A DNA stretch of 64,000 bases from Octopus vulgaris (Eukaryota). Within the stretch, counting starts at the first letter, position 1. The number at the start of each line of letters is the position of its first letter. The position numbers and the translations under genes were made by a program. The stretch spans positions 33,046,001 through 33,110,000 of the forward strand of contig OX597814.1 in the NCBI GenBank assembly GCA_951406725.2, read 5' to 3'. Positions 59,562-64,000 of the stretch are shown in pieces. A model generated the notes under the pieces. It was not told the DNA's origin, searched no databases, and saw only the letters and a list, made by a program, of their open reading frames with translations.

Positions 59562-59569
<8 letters not shown>
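54245..59569 (+). repeat. Tandem array of a 545-bp non-coding unit (9 full copies + 410 bp), retrozyme-like
   Basis: ccgaaataagc starts at 54245, 54790, 55335, 55880, 56425, 56970, 57515, 58060, 58615 and 59160. The unit at 58060 is 555 bp (10-bp duplication) with two substitutions; the rest look identical. (TA)n on both flanks; no ORF of 60 aa or more. Confidence 0.97.
54412..54464 (+). ncRNA. Type I hammerhead ribozyme motif, one per 545-bp unit (also at 53605, 54957, 55502, 56047, 56592, 57137, 57682, 58227, 58782, 59327)
   Basis: tgag-CTGAAGA-gaga-(18 nt)-tctt-GAAA-c-gtac-g-TA-ctca. Stem I extends via att/aat and aagg/cctt; stem II is 4 bp with G.U at the base; stem III is palindromic (ACGTACGT); GUA triplet, predicted cut after 54460. 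Confidence 0.8.
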
Positions 59570-59589
<20 letters not shown>

Positions 59590-59592
<3 letters not shown>

Positions 59593-59752
59593 CGGCTAGC
59601 TACTACACAGTTTTTGTCTACCAACTACAATCACAAGGCATTGATCGGTCCGTGGTTACAGCGTAAGACGCTTGCTCAAAGTGTCGTGCACAGTGGGACT
59701 GAAACCGAAACCTTGTCATTGCAAAGTAAAAACCTTAACCACACATCCATGC
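59590..59752 (-). mobile_element. SINE family A 5' fragment, decayed
   Basis: Minus strand tggatgtgtggttaagg...ggtttcagtcccactgtgcacgacactttgagcaag...aatgccttgtga. Confidence 0.65.
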
Positions 59753-60239
59753 AACAAACAGACTGCAGTATATAATGTTTTTTTTCTTCTTTTCCTTTTT
59801 AATTCCGTATCGTTTGTGGTGGAAGAATTTCAGCTTTTAGCTCATATTTATTGTTGATACTTTTATCTGATCTCAGGTCAGCTTTGATTAAACAAATCTA
59901 TGACCAAAAGCCATTCCGTTAGTGACCATCCCTACTTTTTATTCAGACCTTCGTTTGTAATATGGGAAAGAGCGGAAAATTTGGCTGCTATTTCTAGCAG
60001 ATTGAGCGATCATGTAAACGAATCACGTCTGCTCGAGTTGCTTGGTGTTGCAAAAAAGCTGTTGCTTGTTTTTTTTTTTTAATTTTATACTGTTGCTTCT
60101 AGAATGACTGATGGCATCAGCTGAGTTTGTTGTAGCTGTTGTCGCTAATGTTGTTATTGTTGTTATATAGTCTGTATTGCATGCAACCCCTCTTCTCCCA
60201 CTCAACTTCTGTGTTCTTTCCTCTCTCCCCCCACCCCCA

Positions 60240-60591
60240 GTGTAACTTTCCCGCTGACATACCTCAGCTCAGTATTACTGTCACCGCTCCCCTCTACTCT
60301 CAACTATTCTTTTATATTCATCTCCCCCCCTCTCTCTCTCTCTCTCCCTGTCTTTCTCTCTTCATTTCCCTCTCTATATTTCACACGCTCTCTTTTCTTA
60401 ATCACCTTCTCTTCTCACGATCTCTTTCTCTCACGTTTCCTCCCACTTCTATACAAATCTTTCTTTGTCGCATTTTATTTATTCTTTCTCCCTCAAACGT
60501 TCTCTTCCCCCTCTCTCTTTCTCTCTACCTGTCTATCTCTTTATCTCACTTTCTATTATTCTCTATATCTCTTTCTCTTTCTCTTTCCCCC

Positions 60592-60630
<39 letters not shown>

Positions 60631-60727
60631 TATTTCTCTCTATCACTCTGTTTTCCCCACTATTTATCCATCCGCTTCGCTTACACTCTTTCACACCCGC
60701 TTTTCTCTCAGTACGTATTTCTCGCAC

Positions 60728-60776
<49 letters not shown>

Positions 60777-61170
60777 CCCCTCTCTCTGTCTTTCACTCTC
60801 TCTCTAACTCTCTCTCATACACACACCCACACATTCCTTTCTCTGTCTCTCTTCCTTCCTCTCTATACATGCAACCCGCCCCTCCCGCCTCTGCCGATTT
60901 CACTAAATTTAGTCAAAGAATAAGACAAGTTCCCATTATAGATGGCCGCCAGCAACTTACGTACGGCAATAGCAGCAAATTAAATTACATTTTGTGTTCA
61001 ATTCCTTTTAGCTTGTTTATACATACATGTATACATATATACATGCATACATACATACATACATAATACATACATACATACATACATACATACATACATA
61101 CATACATACATGCCTATATATATATATACATATATATACACACACATAGGTACATATATACATATGCACT

Positions 61171-61215
<45 letters not shown>

Positions 61216-61523
61216 TTATACACACATATTTATATATATACATATATATATATATATATGTATATATATTTGTACATACATACTTGCACGCATACATGCA
61301 TATATGCATAAACTCATTTATCTCTCTCTCTCTTTCTCTGTGTATATATATGTATGTATATATATGTAGATACTCTTATATATATATATATATATACATT
61401 TATATATGTATATATACACACATACATACATACATACATACATACATACATACATACATACATTCGTACATACATATATGAACATATGTATTCAATCACA
61501 CAATATGTGTATTTCAATGTATG

Positions 61524-61566
<43 letters not shown>

Positions 61567-61950
61567 ACACACACAAATACCCTCTACACACACACACACT
61601 CCAACATACATATACCTACATACATGTCTGTGTATGTGTGTATTTTAATCAGCTTCTTTCATTTACTTAGACGCAAGATACCATTCTTCATAAGATCTTT
61701 CTTTATTCTTTTTTTTTTTTACTTATTCTTGTTTCAAACTATATTTTTATTTGTTTTTTAGTTCCTGTTCTTTTATTGTTTGTCTATATATGATGCGTAT
61801 GTTGTCATTATTTCCCATTGTCGTAGTCGCCTTCGCCAATGATAGAGGCATGGTTCTGTTGGGGCAGGAAAGAGAGGAGATACGAAGGTAGGTCTTCCGT
61901 GTGGCCTCTTACCCCATCTCCACCTATTTATTTTGTAACGATGACGATGA

Positions 61951-61981
<31 letters not shown>

Positions 61982-62160
61982 AGTAGTGGTGGTGGTGGCG
62001 GTGGTTGGTGGTGGTTGGTGGTGGTGGTGGTGGTGTTTGGTTGTGGTGTGGGTGGTTGTAATGGAGCTTGTAACATTGTTTCTGATCTTGTTATTATTGT
62101 TGTTATTGCATCTCATACTCTTGCTGTTGTTGTTTTCGCTTTTGTTGTTGTTGTTGGTGT
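60240..62160. repeat. Low-complexity block: (CT)n-rich, (TACA)n/(TA)n, (CA)n, compound GAT/GGT/GTT
   Basis: Directly visible. Confidence 0.95.
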
Positions 62161-63269
62161 TTGATTATTATGATTCTGTGAATGCGAGTGACTTTTTATT
62201 TATTTATTTTATTTTTGTTTATTTTATACTCTTTATGAATTTAATTAATTTTCTTTACTTATTTAATTTAGACCGGTGAAGTGGCAGAAACGGTAAAGTC
62301 CACGATTACTGTTAAGGAACAGAAGTCTACTTAGTCTTTAAATATCTCAGTTCAAATACCGTAAAAAACTTATCAGTTTAATCGCACTAACGAGGATATC
62401 TAAGCCATCGCTTGATGTGCTTGAAATAACAGCCAAACTTTCAAAAATTGCACTTTTTAACAAATGATACAGTTCACATTGAATAATAAAATCCACTGTC
62501 TTCTTGCAGAAAAAATGCCTTCGATTATGTGTATTTTATTGATCCAAGAATAGTCTTGAGTTAATCTGACTCAGTTGAATAAACGTCAGTTGAAGAATTA
62601 GTTTACTAGGACCAGGTGAGATAGCAACCTTCAGCTGTTTACAAATGTGTTAGCTATCATTATGTGCCTCCATAAGTCTGGAAATGAATACAGGAAAAGT
62701 AGTGTTATTAACGAATTCTGGTTCAGTTCCACTGCTCAGCACTTTGGGCAAGTGACTTTTACAATGGTCTCCAGTTAGGAATGGAACATAATAGATGGAA
62801 ACTCAATCGTGAAGAAGCCTTTCGAAGGGAATGCTTCTGTACTTGGGCGCTGTATTTAATTCGTTGATCGGTTTAACGCAGATATTATAAAGAGAGTCAA
62901 TTCTGTTGAAACCATTTAAGCTTAATAAATTCTTTATTTTGTTCTACCGGATTCGAGTACCCTTACATTTTTCATAAGGATTGCTCGTCTTCTTCGAAGT
63001 CATATAAAATTTTTGTAATGAAGATCTAACATTGTGCATTCTTGTCGCTTAACATACAGCTTTGATAAAAATGTTTTGTATTACACTGACTCCCAGCTAC
63101 TACCATCAATGTCTCTTTTCTATTTATTCATCAATAATGGAATTCTGAAAAGTATCTATGCTAGATTGTTAGCATTAATGCGGCTGATACTTAACCTGCA
63201 TATTTGCAGGGGAATATCTGTTGGAGTTGGTTTGGCTTTTGGGTGTGAAACAAACCCTCATCGGTAGTG

Positions 63270-63540
63270 AGTTTAGTCAGACAACATGATGTCGAGGATG
63301 CGTCTCAGGCTGTGAAAATTGGCTTTAAGATGACGCTCTTGTCGGGGCATACTGTCAGAAGCAGTACGTTGAGGACGCATACTCCGTAGACAGCAACTTT
63401 GGTGTTCGTTATTTGTTTTGCATTGTAGCTAGTCTTTCGGCTGTATTTCAAATACCTCGATTGATCTTAGACGCTAGAGAGGGGTTGTTCGTAGTAGTGC
63501 TGAAAACTGTGGACTTTCTCATCATGATGATCTAGCTGAA
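63270..63540 (-). mobile_element. Decayed RTE-clade LINE fragment (post-RT region)
   Basis: Minus-strand TNTKVAVYGVCVLNVLL...RQERHLKANFHSLRRILDI matches the RTE consensus TKxxVYxACVLSTLLYGSETW...LRRILxI. Confidence 0.7.
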
Positions 63541-63587
63541 GTTCAGACATTTTGTATAGCCAGCTAGGTAACCTTATAGATACGTAA

Positions 63588-63607
63588 GTAGATAGATAGA
63601 TAGATAA

Positions 63608-63685
<78 letters not shown>
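63588..63685. repeat. (GATA)n microsatellite
   Basis: Directly visible. Confidence 0.95.
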
Positions 63686-63795
63686 GAACTAATAACATAC
63701 TAACAGATGTGGAAAAGTAGAGGTAAAGAGTGCAAGAAAGAAAATGTGTGTATCTTAGTTTGATACAAATGTTGCGTCATAGAGAGGGCGATAAA

Positions 63796-63849
<54 letters not shown>

Positions 63850-64000
63850 CAGCTTAGAGAAGAAGAAGAAGAAACGAAACGAAACCAAACCAATCGAATC
63901 GAATCGACGCGAAGGCGCTCAGTCATACAATAGTGTAATAAATAAAATATATGCATACATACAAACATATATGTACGTACCTACATCTACATGTATATAT

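Noticed and set aside
54245-59569. CRISPR array or rDNA/5S/snRNA tandem cluster interpretation of the array
   Set aside because: Units are identical end to end with no unique spacers, and no 5S, tRNA, U-snRNA or histone sequence is recognisable.

Overview
AT-rich, microsatellite-dense eukaryotic intergenic or intronic DNA. The SINE repertoire looks like an octopus/cephalopod genome (inference from pattern recognition). I can support no host protein-coding gene; almost all long ORFs in the track are translations of simple repeats. The window holds three or four tRNA-derived SINE families, decayed Tc1/mariner elements, L1/Tx1 and RTE LINE fragments, Helitron/Helentron-like non-autonomous elements and decayed Penelope-like (PLE) RT/GIY-YIG fragments. 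The main unexplained structure is a set of non-coding elements carrying type I hammerhead ribozyme (HHR) motifs, nearly all embedded in (TA)n tracts. (i) A near-identical 545-bp tandem array at 53438-59569 has one HHR per unit (11 copies) and extensive internal base-pairing, i.e. a large retrozyme-like element. (ii) A second family with a 546-bp unit at 47910-49215 has an inverted-plus-tandem layout. (iii) Solo minimal HHRs show covariation of the core 3:8 pair (C:G, U:A, A:U). (iv) Several families share an AT-rich tail block and break at the same relative position. All folds and translations were done by eye, and boundaries of decayed elements are approximate.
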